From contig CP181291.1 in assembly GCA_052279835.1 (NCBI GenBank), positions 4,320,001-4,384,000 of the forward strand: 64,000 nucleotides of DNA, given 5' to 3'. Made by a program: the position numbers and the translations under genes. Of the stretch, positions 10,856 to 22,495 are shown in pieces (positions within the stretch are counted from its first letter, which is position 1; each line of letters starts with the position of its first letter). This DNA is from Microcoleus sp. Lineage in GTDB: Bacteria; Cyanobacteriota; Cyanobacteriia; Cyanobacteriales; Microcoleaceae. The notes below the pieces were generated by a model. The model ran no database searches, had not been told where the DNA came from, and worked only from the letters and a program-made list of their open reading frames with translations.

Positions 10856-11015
10856 TATAGCCCTTCTCAGTTAGGTGAGGTACAGGGAAGTGTCCATGGC
10901 GAATGGCGAATGGTTAGTGGTTACTTGTTAGTGACTTTTCTTATAGCCAATTACCAATTACCAATTACCAATTACCAATGCTTGATTGTACCTCATCTTT
11001 CTGAGAAAGGCTATA
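10856..11015. mobile_element. MITE-like element with long TIRs and internal CCAATTA repeats, copy 1
   Basis: TATAGCCCTTCTCAGTTAGGTGAGGTACA ... TGTACCTCATCTTTCTGAGAAAGGCTATA. Confidence 0.75.
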
Positions 11016-11049
11016 CAGTATCTGGTTTTTTTGGGTAACACAGCAAACC

Positions 11050-11704
11050 ATGAAAATCCGTCTCATACGTCGGCGAGAAAAGTGGGCAATTACCAGGGAA
11101 GGTTGGGTAATTGCAATCCTGGGATTAATAATTTCAATGATGTTGATAGTTAAAAATATCCATCCGTTTTTGGCGGTAAATTCGCCCGTGAAAGCAGATA
11201 TTTTGGTGGTAGAGGGCTGGTTGCCAGATTACGCGATCGAAAGTGCGATCGCCGAATTCAAACAAGGCAAATATCGCCAATTAATTACCACAGGAATTCC
11301 CTTAAGTAAAGGCTACTACTTAGCTGAATATAAAAATTATGCTGAACTCACTGCGGCCACTTGCATTGCCCTCGGATTCGATCGCGATAAAATCATCGCA
11401 GTACCTGCAGCCAATGTCCTCAAATATCGTACTGCTGCTTCGGCGATCGCACTTAAAGAATGGCTTGCTACCTCAGCGTTAAAAGTTGACGCCATTAATC
11501 TTTATTCCTTTGGAAACTCACGCCCGCAGAAGTTGGCTCATCTTTAAAGAAGTTCTGCATCCCGAAATTCAAGTGGGAATTATCGCAGCAGAGCCCCAAG
11601 ATTACAATCCTCAAGAATGGTGGAAATCCAGCGAAGGTTTTCGCATAGTAACAGGAGAAATTATTGCTTATATTTACGCCATTTTTGTTGATTGGAAAAT
11701 TTAG
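11050..11704 (+). CDS. YdcF/DUF218 family protein with a +1 frameshift near 11515
   Basis: LVVEGWLPDYA...YSFG then THARRSW in the next frame; removing one A from GGAAACTC restores one ORF. Confidence 0.75.
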
Positions 11705-11843
11705 CTACAACCCTAGATATTTTGTTCCAGGGTTTGATAATTCCTCAATTCCCCAATACATATCTAAAATTATGCAGATGCTACCGGATTTGATATCAAA
11801 TCCCAACAGCCTCACGCAGCCTCAAGCGTTTTTGGTCCCACAC

Positions 11844-12010
11844 TATATCGCTTCTCAGTTAGGTGAAGTACAGGGGGGTGTCCATGGCGAATGGCGCATG
11901 GGGAATTGTTACTGGTTACTTGTTAGTGACTTTTCTCATAGCCAATTACCAATTACCAATTACCAATTACCAATGCTCGATTGTACCTCATCTTTCTGAG
12001 AAAGGCCATA
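11844..12010. mobile_element. MITE-like element, copy 2 (same orientation as 10856-11015)
   Basis: Highly similar to copy 1, including TIRs and CCAATTA repeats. Confidence 0.75.
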
Positions 12011-12069
12011 TATCGCTTCGATTAGTGTGGGTATTCCCGTCCGTTTAGCTAAAATTTACTCTTTAGAAT

Positions 12070-13383
12070 TTAAAATTCTACAGCCTCGTCATTTTCAGTC
12101 CGCAGTCGCACCGAATCAGCGTGAGAAGGCAAACCCTCAGCTTCGGCCAAAACATTAATCGCCTTAGCCATTTTTTTCAGTGCTGTCGGCGAATATTCAA
12201 TCAAACTCGAATGCTTCATAAAAGTTTCGACACAAAGTGGTGAAGCATAGCGAGGAGCTCCTGAAGTCGGCAAAGTATGATTCGGTCCCGCCAAATAGTC
12301 TCCTACCGCTTCCGGTGTCGAGTAACCCAAGAAAATCGCCCCCGCGTGGCGAATTTGCTCTATTAAGGCCCAGGGATCTGCAACTTGCAATTCCAAGTGT
12401 TCGGGAGCAAACTCGTTAGAGAGTTCCGCCGCCGCCTTGAGAGACTCAACTACCACGACTAAACCATAATTAGCGATCGCCTTTTCAGTTAAAGTCCGGC
12501 GTGGGTGATTTGCCAACTGTCTATCTACCTCAGCCACCACCTTCCTCGCCAACACGGAATCCGCCGTCAGCAAAATCGCCGACGCCATCGAATCATGTTC
12601 AGCTTGAGCCAACATATCCGCAGCGACGTGGACGGGGTTAGCATCCCCATCAGCGATAATCAGCACTTCCGACGGGCCAGCCAGAGAATCAATCCCTACA
12701 GTCCCGTAAACCAGTTTTTTCGCTAAGGTAACGTAAATATTCCCCGGTCCAGTAATTAAATCCACCTTCGGAATAGTTTCCGTACCGTAGGCCAAAGCCG
12801 CGATCGCCTGAGCTCCACCTACACGATAAATCTCATCAACTCCCGCTTCCTGAGCCGCTACGAGCACCGCAGGATTCATTTTCTTTTCCTGTCCGGGGGG
12901 AGTACACATCACCAGTCTCGGAACTTTAGCGACCTTAGCAGGTACCGCATTCATGATCACCGAGCTGGGATAGGATGCCTGACCGCCGGGGATGTAAATT
13001 CCGGCGCGATCGACCGCAGTATAGCGCTTCCCCAAAACTACCTCATCCGAGCCAAACTGTACCCAAGACTTGGGGACGCGCTGTCGGTGAAACGCCTCTA
13101 CCTGTTTGCAAGCTGTGCGGATGGCACTTAATAATTCTTTGGGCACCTGCTGGTAAGCAGCGTCCAATTCAGAGCCACTCACACGTAAATCTTCCGCATT
13201 TAGGGTCATGCGGTCAAATTCAGCGGTGTAGTGCAGCAGGGCCTTATCGCCTTTGCGCTTTACAGCTTGCAGCACCTCCCGCACGGTGGCTTCTTTGTGA
13301 ACAACAAGTTCGTCATGGGTGCGATCGCAGATTCGTCGCAGTTCAGCTTGTGCCTCAACCCACTGAGTAATGATTCGCAGCAT
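12070..13383 (-). CDS. hisD: Histidinol dehydrogenase
   Basis: GIYIPGG, GPGNIYV, AGPSEV, QAEHD, APEHL, GDYLAGPNHTLPT; likely start MLRIITQ. Confidence 0.95.
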   Translation of the reverse strand: MLRIITQWVEAQAELRRICDRTHDELVVHKEATVREVLQAVKRKGDKALLHYTAEFDRMTLNAEDLRVSGSELDAAYQQVPKELLSAIRTACKQVEAFHRQRVPKSWVQFGSDEVVLGKRYTAVDRAGIYIPGGQASYPSSVIMNAVPAKVAKVPRLVMCTPPGQEKKMNPAVLVAAQEAGVDEIYRVGGAQAIAALAYGTETIPKVDLITGPGNIYVTLAKKLVYGTVGIDSLAGPSEVLIIADGDANPVHVAADMLAQAEHDSMASAILLTADSVLARKVVAEVDRQLANHPRRTLTEKAIANYGLVVVVESLKAAAELSNEFAPEHLELQVADPWALIEQIRHAGAIFLGYSTPEAVGDYLAGPNHTLPTSGAPRYASPLCVETFMKHSSLIEYSPTALKKMAKAINVLAEAEGLPSHADSVRLRTENDEAVEF

Positions 13384-13518
13384 GGAGATTCGGAATGCCT
13401 TCCTTAGGAATTGCCCGCCTGAGAACCGGGTGGCGATGGAGAGGAGAGAAGATCGGAGCAAGAGGGGGGAGAGGGAGAGCGGGAGAAGGGGGGAGAATGG
13501 GAGAACGGGAGAAATTGT

Positions 13519-13607
13519 CTTCTGCCTTGTGCCTTCTGCCTTGTGCCTTTTGCCTTCTGCCTTGTACCTTTTGCCTTCTGCCTTCTGTCTTCTGCCTTCT
13601 GCCTTCT
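13519..13607. repeat. Heptamer STRR (TGCCTTC-like)
   Basis: Tandem tgccttc/tgccttg units, preceded by a GA-rich tract. Confidence 0.85.
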
Positions 13608-14109
13608 GTAAATGCTTCTTGCCGAAGCTAGAATAACCCGTACTCTTTGTTATAGCTTAACTTGGATTTTTCCGGGAATCACATTTTGAGCAGAATATGT
13701 GCTATGTTAGTTTTTCTGACGTAATTTTTTTATAAAAAACCCTCAAATATTGTATACTCGAAAATTGCGCGCAATAAACCGTGACTTGTAGAGACCATTG
13801 TAGTTTGGTCTCCATCGGGTTAGTCGGTCAGCGTCAAACTCAGTGCCTGCAAGGCGCAGATCTAAGCGATGCCTGTGACTTTAGTCACTGGGTTGTTTAA
13901 CCTTCGGAAGCCGAGCCGAGCAACGGTTGCGTAAAATCAACCTCTACTATTACAGGAAGCATCCTGTTTGGGTAAATCGGCTGGCTAAATCAAGCATCTC
14001 AGTGTCTTCAGACCTGAGAGTCTCAAAAACTAGAGAAAGCAGAGATCTTTCTGGAAATTTCTCTGGTAGGGGCAACTATCAATGAATACCTACTTCCAGC
14101 AACTGAACT

Positions 14110-14409
14110 ATGGCAAATATTAAGTCCGCCGTTAAACGAGTCCAAATCGCTGAACGCAACCGCTTGTACAACAAATCTTACAAGTCAGCAGTAAAAACCC
14201 TGATGAAGAAGTATTTTGCAGCGGTTGAAAAATACGCAGCCACTCCGAGTCCTGAGTTAATGCAAGAAGTGCAACAGCGGATGTCAGAGGCTTACAGCAA
14301 AATCGACAAAGCAGTCAAAAAAGGTGTACTCCACCGTAACAATGGCGATCGCAAAAAGTCGCGCTTGGCGAGAACTCTCAAACCCCATGAAGTATCCGTA
14401 GCATCTTAA
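14110..14409 (+). CDS. rpsT: 30S ribosomal protein S20
   Basis: [10 protein letters not shown]..., [13 protein letters not shown]. Confidence 0.97.
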   Translation: MANIKSAVKRVQIAERNRLYNKSYKSAVKTLMKKYFAAVEKYAATPSPELMQEVQQRMSEAYSKIDKAVKKGVLHRNNGDRKKSRLARTLKPHEVSVAS

Positions 14410-14570
14410 AGAAGCAGGAAGCAGTGATGAGTTAGTTGTTATTTGTGAGTGGTTGTTGGTTTTTAATAGCTAAGAACGGATAACAGATAACCAAGAGCCG
14501 ACTCTCCCCCTGTCCTTCCTCAAACTCGCTTACTCACCCACTATTCTTTTGACTTGTACTTGTCTCGCTC

Positions 14571-15350
14571 ATGCAGCTCATCGACACCCACGTTCATATC
14601 AACTTTGATACGTACAAATCTGAGTTAGAAGCCATTCGAGAACGCTGGCGGGAAGCTGGAGTAGTTCGTTTGGTTCATTCTTGTGTAGAGCCAGAAGAGT
14701 TTGCCGGAATTCAAGCAATCGCCAATCGGTTTGCTGAAGTATCCTTTGCCGTAGGCCTCCACCCCCTAGACGCAGGGAAGTGGACAGAGGAGACTGCAAA
14801 CCAGATTAGGGAATTGGCGAGTCAAGATGCCAGAGTAGTGGCGATCGGCGAAACCGGACTAGACTTTTACAAAGCGGACGATCGAGAACACCAGTTCAAA
14901 GTATTTGAAGCACAACTCGCGATCGCCCAGCAACTAGACAAACCGGTGATTATCCACTGTCGTAACGCAGCCGCCCCCATGGCAGAAATGCTGAGGGAAT
15001 TTTGGCAAACTCGTGGCCCGGTGCGCGGAGTCATGCACTGCTGGGGAGGAACACCAGAAGAAACCCAGTGGTTTTTAGACCTGGGTTTCTACATCAGTTT
15101 TAGTGGTACAGTCACTTTTAAAAAAGCCTTGCAAATACAAGAATCAGCTTGTATGGTAAATAGCGATCGGCTCCTAGTCGAGACAGATTCGCCCTTTCTC
15201 GCCCCCGTACCAGAACGGGGAAAACGCAACGAACCAGCCTTCGTGTACCACGTAGCCGCGCAAGTTGCTAAATTGAGAGGAGTTTCTCTCTTAACTGTGT
15301 CCCAGCAGACAACAGAAAATGCCTGTCGGCTATTCGGCCTTTCACTTTAA
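14571..15350 (+). CDS. tatD: TatD family hydrolase
   Basis: [30 protein letters not shown]; usual rpsT-tatD-rpoB order. Confidence 0.92.
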   Translation: MQLIDTHVHINFDTYKSELEAIRERWREAGVVRLVHSCVEPEEFAGIQAIANRFAEVSFAVGLHPLDAGKWTEETANQIRELASQDARVVAIGETGLDFYKADDREHQFKVFEAQLAIAQQLDKPVIIHCRNAAAPMAEMLREFWQTRGPVRGVMHCWGGTPEETQWFLDLGFYISFSGTVTFKKALQIQESACMVNSDRLLVETDSPFLAPVPERGKRNEPAFVYHVAAQVAKLRGVSLLTVSQQTTENACRLFGLSL

Positions 15351-16158
15351 CTAAAGCCGAACAGAGGAAGGAGGAAAAAAGCCAGTCCCAAAAGAAGTTA
15401 GGTAGATTAACAGTAAGACTTTTTCTAAAATATGCTAACCATAGCTTAGATTTGGTAGATGTCTTTATGCGATCTAAAAACTACCGGTAGAGCAGTAAAT
15501 TCACCTAATTAAACCAAAAATACAGATGAGTAAAAAGCTGGCTGCATAAGTCTTCTTCTTTCTTCCTGACACGATTCGTGACCGGAAACCTGCAAGCTCC
15601 CGTAGTCGAAGGGTCGAAGTGTCGCAGAGCCTTATTCCTTCTACTTACTGCCATATCAGTCGGCACCACGAATATGTTATCGTTTGAAGTTGGCCATCGA
15701 TCGGATTTGCGCCCTATAATCAAAAGAACAAGCCGATCGAGCGTTGGCGCACTACTAGGGCGATAGCAGTTTCCGAGAAACTGCAAGCGAAAGTTAGTAT
15801 TGCACCGACCAGTCCGGCCAAACAATCAACTAATACACCGGAAAAATACACATCTAAAAAACTGGGGTCTTCAGAAATTTGGCGATAGCTGAAAAGTAAA
15901 TTCTAGGAATGAAATGTGTAGGGAATTAAAAATAGAACACCAAGAGATCGGCACAAAAAAGATCTCGATCGAAGCCAAAATGAGCAATAATCCGCTGCGA
16001 GCTACCCGCAAAAATAACCGTTGCAGTAGTTGGTAAGCGATGGAAAACATCATATAAATTCTCTCACACAATCTCTCAAAAAAACGAAAGCAAGGTAAAA
16101 AACGCCCCGGTTGGGCACCATGTAAAAAGCTAGAGCTTTCTCAGGAAAAAGGACACCC

Positions 16159-19100
16159 ATGACCAGTAAAGATTACACAGAATTCGCATTCACCTTGCCC
16201 GACCTGATCGAAATCCAGCGGGCAAGTTTTCGCTGGTTCCTAGAAGCCGGACTCATCGAAGAACTAGACAGCTTCTCCCCCATCACAGACTACACAGGGA
16301 AGCTAGAACTCCACTTCATCGGCAAAGACTTCAAACTGAAGCGCCCCAAGTACGATGTAGACGAAGCCAAACGACGGGACAGTACCTACTCAGTACAAAT
16401 GTACGTCCCCACCCGTTTGATTAACAAAGAAACAGGCGAAATCAAAGAACAAGAAGTCTTCATCGGCGATTTGCCCTTGATGACTGAACGCGGGACCTTC
16501 ATTATCAACGGCGCAGAACGAGTCATTGTTAATCAAATCGTGCGTTCCCCTGGGGTCTACTACAAATCAGAAACCGACAAAAACGGCCGCCGCTCCTACA
16601 ACGCATCTCTGATTCCCAACCGTGGCGCATGGCTGAAATTTGAAACCGACAAAAACGATTTAGTCTGGGTCAGAATCGACAAAACCCGCAAACTCAGCGC
16701 CCAAGTCTTGCTCAAAGCTCTGGGACTCACAGACGGCGAAATCTACGACAGTTTGCGCCATCCCGAATACTTCCAAAAAACGATCGAAAAAGAAGGACAA
16801 TTCGGCGAAGAAGAAGCCCTGATGGAGCTCTACCGCAAACTAAGACCGGGGGAACCCCCCACGGTAGCAGGTGGCGAACAACTACTCAATTCCCGATTCT
16901 TCGACCCCAAACGATACGACTTGGGCAGAGTAGGACGCTACAAGCTCAACAAAAAGTTGAACTTGACCGTCCCAGACACAGTGCGCGTGTTGACATCCCA
17001 GGATATCCTGACCGCGATCGACTATTTAATTAACCTCGAATTCGACATCGGCTCAACAGACGACATCGACCACCTAGGAAACCGTCGCGTCCGAAGTGTC
17101 GGAGAACTGCTGCAAAACCAAGTCAGAGTAGGACTCAACCGCCTAGAACGAATCATTCGCGAAAGAATGACCGTTTCCGATTCCGACTCCCTAAGTCCCA
17201 CATCCCTGGTCAATCCAAAACCCCTAGTAGCAGCCATCAAAGAGTTCTTTGGCTCTTCCCAGCTATCGCAGTTTATGGACCAGACCAATCCCTTGGCAGA
17301 ACTGACCCACAAACGACGCCTATCCGCCCTAGGACCAGGAGGTCTAACCCGCGAACGCGCAGGCTTTGCAGTTCGGGATATTCACCCGTCCCACTACGGT
17401 CGGATTTGCCCCATCGAAACACCAGAAGGCCCCAACGCCGGACTCATCGGCTCCCTAGCAACCCACGCCAGAGTCAACCCCTACGGCTTCATCGAAACCC
17501 CTTTTTACCCAGTCGAAAAAGGAAAGGTGCTGCGAGACAAAGCTCCCGTTTACATGACAGCCGATGAAGAAGATGATTTGCGGGTTGCACCGGGGGACAT
17601 TAGCCTCGACGAAAACAACAACCTCCTCGGCGAAACCGTAGCCGTCCGCTACCGTCAGGAATTCACCACGACGACACCCATGCAAGTGGACTACATGGCA
17701 ATTTCGCCAGTCCAAATCGTTTCCGTCGCCACATCACTAATTCCCTTCCTGGAACACGACGACGCCAACCGAGCTCTGATGGGCTCCAATATGCAGCGCC
17801 AAGCAGTGCCATTGCTCAAACCAGAAAGACCACTCGTGGGTACAGGTTTGGAAGCTCAAGCAGCGCGAGATTCCGGGATGGTGGTGGTTTCCCGTATCAA
17901 CGGAGAAGTTGTCTACATCGATGCCACCAGAGTAATCGTCAAATCCCTAGACCCCGATGCTGAATCCCCTTCATCGGAAGAGTTGTTTATGATTCGGGAT
18001 TATGACGAACTCAGGGCGAGAAATCCTTCTGCTTTCAAGCAAAAGTATGCTGGCTGCATCGAACATGAGTTACAAAAGTATCAGCGTTCTAACCAGGATA
18101 CTTGCTTAAATCAGCGTCCTTTGATCTATGAGGGCGATCGCGTCGTAGCCGGTCAAGTGCTAGCCGATGGTTCCTCCACCGAAGGCGCAGAACTCGCCCT
18201 AGGACACAACATCCTCGTAGCCTATATGCCCTGGGAAGGCTACAACTACGAAGACGCGATGTTGATTAGCGAACGCCTGGTCTACGAAGATGTTTATACT
18301 TCGATTCACATTGAAAAGTATGAAATCGAAGCCCGCCAAACCAAACTCGGCCCTGAAGAAATCACCCGCGAAATTCCCAACGTCGGCGAAGACGCACTAC
18401 GACAATTAGACGAACAGGGGATTATCCGCAAAGGGGCTTGGGTGGAAGCTAGCGACATTTTGGTCGGTAAAGTAACTCCCAAAGGTGAATCAGACCAACC
18501 ACCGGAAGAAAAACTGTTGAGGGCTATTTTTGGCGAAAAAGCGAGAGATGTCCGCGACAATTCCCTGCGCGTTCCCAACGGTGAAAAAGGCCGCGTTGTA
18601 GACGTGCGGGTGTTCACCAGGGAACAAGGCGACGAACTACCCCCAGGTGCAAACATGGTAGTCCGAGTTTATGTCGCCCAAAAGCGCAAGATTCAAGTCG
18701 GAGACAAAATGGCAGGCCGCCACGGCAATAAGGGTATTGTGTCTCGGATTTTGCCCATGGAGGATATGCCCTATTTGCCCGACGGGACACCGGTGGATAT
18801 GGTGTTGAATCCCCTAGGCGTACCCTCACGGATGAATGTGGGTCAGATTTTTGAGTGCTTGCTCGGCTGGGCTGGGGAAAATCTGTCGATGCGGTTTAAG
18901 ATGGTGCCTTTCGATGAAATGCACGGGGCTGAGAAGTCTCGCGAAACTGTGCACGGCAAGTTGCAAGAAGCGCGGGAAAAAACAGGCAAACCCTGGGTGT
19001 TTGATGAAAAACATCCAGGCAAGACTATTGTCTATGATGGTCGCACTGGTGAGCCGTTCGATCGCCCTGTGACAGTCGGCATCGCTTATATGCTCAAACT

Positions 19101-19548
19101 CGTCCACTTGGTAGATGACAAGATTCACGCCCGGAGCACCGGACCTTACTCGTTGGTAACACAACAACCTTTGGGTGGTAAAGCTCAGCAAGGCGGACAG
19201 CGGTTTGGGGAAATGGAAGTGTGGGCCTTGGAAGCTTTTGGGGCTGCTTATACTTTGCAGGAGTTGTTGACAGTCAAGTCCGATGATATGCAGGGCAGAA
19301 ATGAGGCTCTAAATGCGATCGTCAAAGGTAAGGCAATTCCCCGCCCCGGTACTCCAGAATCTTTCAAAGTGTTGATGCGAGAATTGCAATCTTTGTGTTT
19401 AGATATTGCTGTTCATAAAGTCAACACATCCGATGATGGTAGCGAACACGTAGAGGTAGATTTGATGGCAGATGTCGGTGGCAGGCGATCGCCCTCTAGA
19501 CCAACCTATGAATCTCTTTCCCGTGATGAACTAGACGAAGATATGTAG
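16159..19548 (+). CDS. rpoB: RNA polymerase beta subunit
   Basis: [39 protein letters not shown]. Confidence 0.99.
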   Translation: MTSKDYTEFAFTLPDLIEIQRASFRWFLEAGLIEELDSFSPITDYTGKLELHFIGKDFKLKRPKYDVDEAKRRDSTYSVQMYVPTRLINKETGEIKEQEVFIGDLPLMTERGTFIINGAERVIVNQIVRSPGVYYKSETDKNGRRSYNASLIPNRGAWLKFETDKNDLVWVRIDKTRKLSAQVLLKALGLTDGEIYDSLRHPEYFQKTIEKEGQFGEEEALMELYRKLRPGEPPTVAGGEQLLNSRFFDPKRYDLGRVGRYKLNKKLNLTVPDTVRVLTSQDILTAIDYLINLEFDIGSTDDIDHLGNRRVRSVGELLQNQVRVGLNRLERIIRERMTVSDSDSLSPTSLVNPKPLVAAIKEFFGSSQLSQFMDQTNPLAELTHKRRLSALGPGGLTRERAGFAVRDIHPSHYGRICPIETPEGPNAGLIGSLATHARVNPYGFIETPFYPVEKGKVLRDKAPVYMTADEEDDLRVAPGDISLDENNNLLGETVAVRYRQEFTTTTPMQVDYMAISPVQIVSVATSLIPFLEHDDANRALMGSNMQRQAVPLLKPERPLVGTGLEAQAARDSGMVVVSRINGEVVYIDATRVIVKSLDPDAESPSSEELFMIRDYDELRARNPSAFKQKYAGCIEHELQKYQRSNQDTCLNQRPLIYEGDRVVAGQVLADGSSTEGAELALGHNILVAYMPWEGYNYEDAMLISERLVYEDVYTSIHIEKYEIEARQTKLGPEEITREIPNVGEDALRQLDEQGIIRKGAWVEASDILVGKVTPKGESDQPPEEKLLRAIFGEKARDVRDNSLRVPNGEKGRVVDVRVFTREQGDELPPGANMVVRVYVAQKRKIQVGDKMAGRHGNKGIVSRILPMEDMPYLPDGTPVDMVLNPLGVPSRMNVGQIFECLLGWAGENLSMRFKMVPFDEMHGAEKSRETVHGKLQEAREKTGKPWVFDEKHPGKTIVYDGRTGEPFDRPVTVGIAYMLKLVHLVDDKIHARSTGPYSLVTQQPLGGKAQQGGQRFGEMEVWALEAFGAAYTLQELLTVKSDDMQGRNEALNAIVKGKAIPRPGTPESFKVLMRELQSLCLDIAVHKVNTSDDGSEHVEVDLMADVGGRRSPSRPTYESLSRDELDEDM

Positions 19549-19837
19549 GTATTGGAGATAGTGGATTTGAGATTTTGAGCAACACTAAACCCAAAGTCTC
19601 AAATCAACCATCTCAAATAGAAAGCCTCAACATTGTTCGTACCACCCACCGGTAAGATTGCAAATCAACGCTCTAAAAGGGAGAGACGCTGAACATGACC
19701 ATTGCAAGAGTTGTCCCAGCAATTAATGAAACAGAAATTCACCGCTCAACAGGCTGTATTAATTGGCAAAAAAATAAATTTGGCAACCATTCCGCACCCA
19801 AGCAGAACAACAGCAATCAGAATGGAAAAACAAAATT

Positions 19838-20010
19838 TAGTTATTAGTTAGTGGTTAGTGGCGGTGTGCCGTGCCCTTCGAGTCCGCGCTTGAGTCAGCC
19901 GAGCCCCATGGTCCGAACCGCTTAGTTGAAGCGTCGAAGTGTTATATGTTAGGGGAAGAACAAATAACCAAGAACAAATAACCAATAACTAATAACCAAT
20001 AACTAATAAC
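19838..20010. repeat. Inverted pair of STRR tracts (TTAGTTA/TTAGTGG ... AATAACC/AATAACT) around a GC-rich core
   Basis: G/T-rich heptamers followed by complementary C/A-rich heptamers. Confidence 0.65.
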
Positions 20011-20107
20011 CTCCCCATCACAAATTCACCCCTGCTCAAACCATCGAGCAAACAAAAACAGTAAATCCACAAAAATCATCGACTGTAAATCATCAATTGG
20101 AGTCAAA

Positions 20108-21982
20108 ATGGCTAAGTTAGAACAACGCTTTGATTACGTCAAAATAGGATTAGCCTCACCAGAAAGAATTCGACAGTGGGGAGAAAGAACCTTACCCAAC
20201 GGTCAGATAACCGGAGAAGTAACAAAACCAGAAACAATTAACTATAGAACCTTAAAACCAGAAATGGACGGCTTATTTTGTGAGCGGATTTTTGGGCCGG
20301 CGAAGGACTGGGAGTGCCATTGTGGGAAATATAAGAGAGTGAGACATAGGGGAATTGTTTGTGAGAGATGTGGGGTGGAAGTAACGGAGTCGCGGGTGCG
20401 TCGTCATAGGATGGGGTTTATTAAGTTGGCGGCACCGGTGGCTCATGTTTGGTATCTGAAGGGTATTCCTAGCTATATGGCAATTTTGTTGGATATGCCT
20501 TTGCGGGATGTAGAGCAGATTGTTTATTTCAATGCTTATGTGGTGTTGAATGCGGGGAACGCGGATAAGTTGCAATACAAGCAGTTGTTGACGGAGGATG
20601 CTTGGTTAGAGATTGAGGATGAATTGTATAGCGAGGATTCGACTCTGACGGGGGTGGAAGTGGGCATTGGGGCGGAGGCGTTGCAGGTTTTGTTGCAGAA
20701 TATTCCTTTGGAGTCGGAGGCGGAGAAACTGCGGGAGGATATTGCGAATGCGAAGGGACAGAAGCGGGCGAAGTTGATTAAACGGTTGCGGGTAATTGAT
20801 AATTTCATTGCTACTGGTTCGCAGCCGGATTGGATGGTGTTGTCGGTGATTCCGGTGATTCCTCCAGATTTGCGGCCGATGGTGCAGTTGGATGGGGGGC
20901 GGTTTGCTACTTCGGATTTGAACGATCTTTATCGGCGGGTGATTAATCGGAACAATCGGTTGGCTAGGTTGCAAGAGATTTTGGCACCGGAGATTATTAT
21001 TCGGAATGAGAAACGGATGTTGCAGGAGGCGGTGGATGCGCTGATTGATAATGGAAGACGGGGCAGGACTGTGGTGGGGGCGAACAATCGGCCGCTGAAG
21101 TCTTTGTCGGACATTATTGAGGGGAAACAGGGTAGGTTCCGCCAAAATCTTTTGGGTAAGCGGGTGGATTATTCTGGTCGTTCGGTGATTGTGGTGGGGC
21201 CGAAGTTGAAGATTCATCAGTGTGGATTGCCTAGGGAGATGGCGATCGAGTTGTTTCAACCTTTTGTGATTCACCGGTTGATTCGTCAGGGGTTGGTGAA
21301 TAATATTAAGGCTGCGAAGAAGATGATTCAGCGGGGTGATGCTGGGGTGTGGGAGGTGTTGCAGGAGGTGATTGAGGGTCATCCGGTGATGTTGAACCGG
21401 GCTCCTACTTTGCACAGGTTGGGGATTCAGGCTTTTGAGCCGATTTTGGTGGATGGGAGGGCGATTCAGTTGCATCCTTTGGTTTGTCCGGCTTTTAATG
21501 CGGACTTTGATGGGGACCAAATGGCGGTGCATGTTCCTTTGTCGTTGGAGTCTCAGGCGGAGGCGAGGTTGTTGATGTTGGCTTCTAATAATATTATGTC
21601 GCCGGCTACTGGGAGACCAATTGTGACTCCTTCTCAGGATATGGTTTTGGGTTGCTATTATTTGACGGCGGATAATCCTCATGGGCAGAAGGGGGCTGGT
21701 CGGTTTTTTGCGAATTTGGATGATGTGGTGGTTGCTTACGAGCAGAAGGTTGTGGATTTGCATTCTTATGTTTGGGTGAGGTTCCAGGGGGTTATGGAGA
21801 GTGGGGAACCGGAGGGGGAGCCTTTGAAGATGGAGCGATCGCCTGGGGGAATTGTGACTAAGGAGTATAAGTTTCGTCGGGTTCGGGAGGATGAACAGGG
21901 GAATGTGATTAATCAATATATTCGGACTACTCCGGGGAGGGTTATTTATCATCAGACGATTTTGTCTGTGATAAATAATTAG
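20108..21982 (+). CDS. rpoC1: RNA polymerase gamma subunit
   Basis: Zn-finger CHCGKY, catalytic NADFDGD. Confidence 0.99.
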   Translation: MAKLEQRFDYVKIGLASPERIRQWGERTLPNGQITGEVTKPETINYRTLKPEMDGLFCERIFGPAKDWECHCGKYKRVRHRGIVCERCGVEVTESRVRRHRMGFIKLAAPVAHVWYLKGIPSYMAILLDMPLRDVEQIVYFNAYVVLNAGNADKLQYKQLLTEDAWLEIEDELYSEDSTLTGVEVGIGAEALQVLLQNIPLESEAEKLREDIANAKGQKRAKLIKRLRVIDNFIATGSQPDWMVLSVIPVIPPDLRPMVQLDGGRFATSDLNDLYRRVINRNNRLARLQEILAPEIIIRNEKRMLQEAVDALIDNGRRGRTVVGANNRPLKSLSDIIEGKQGRFRQNLLGKRVDYSGRSVIVVGPKLKIHQCGLPREMAIELFQPFVIHRLIRQGLVNNIKAAKKMIQRGDAGVWEVLQEVIEGHPVMLNRAPTLHRLGIQAFEPILVDGRAIQLHPLVCPAFNADFDGDQMAVHVPLSLESQAEARLLMLASNNIMSPATGRPIVTPSQDMVLGCYYLTADNPHGQKGAGRFFANLDDVVVAYEQKVVDLHSYVWVRFQGVMESGEPEGEPLKMERSPGGIVTKEYKFRRVREDEQGNVINQYIRTTPGRVIYHQTILSVINN

Positions 21983-22093
21983 GGCGATGGTTGATGGTTG
22001 ATGTGGAGTCGGTTGTCAATTGTTTGTTGCAAAAAAGGTGATGGTTTGATGGCAATTTTTTATGAGGCTGCATGGAATTCCGATCCCCCCTAA

Positions 22094-22198
22094 TATCAAA
22101 TCCGGTAACATCGGAATTATTCATCTCTCTTATCTCCCTCTGTGTTCTCTGCGTTCTAGGTCCGGTTAAATCACCTGACGATGCAGCCGGAAACGATA
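22094..22198. mobile_element. 105-bp MITE with TAA target-site duplication
   Basis: TAA|TATCAAATCCGG ... CCGGAAACGATA|TAA. Confidence 0.75.
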
Positions 22199-22201
22199 TA
22201 A

Positions 22202-22431
22202 CCCCCCTTCTTAAGGGGGGGACAAGATTCTTCTTCAAGTCCCCCTTCTTAAGGGACAAGATGCTTCTCCAAGTTCCACTTAATAAGGGGGGGGCAAGAT
22301 GCTTCTCAAAGTCCCCCTTCTTAAGGGGGATTTAGGGGGATCGAAATATATGCTTCGATCGGGAGATTTAGGGGGATCGAAATATATGCTTCGATCGGGG
22401 GATTTAGGGGGATCGAAATATATGCTTCGAC
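22202..22431. repeat. Cluster of CCCCCTTCTTAAGGGGG palindromes and three tandem GATTTAGGGGGATCGAAATATATGCTTCGA units
   Basis: Seen directly in the rpoC1-rpoC2 spacer. Confidence 0.8.
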
Positions 22432-22495
22432 CCATTAAATTGGTTTGAGTTGGTGAAGGTTTGCAAACATTTTAGGTAATTTAAGGATAAAGAAA

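Noticed and set aside
22318..22431. Three tandem units as a mini-CRISPR
   Set aside because: No unique spacers; a simple tandem duplication of a hairpin repeat.
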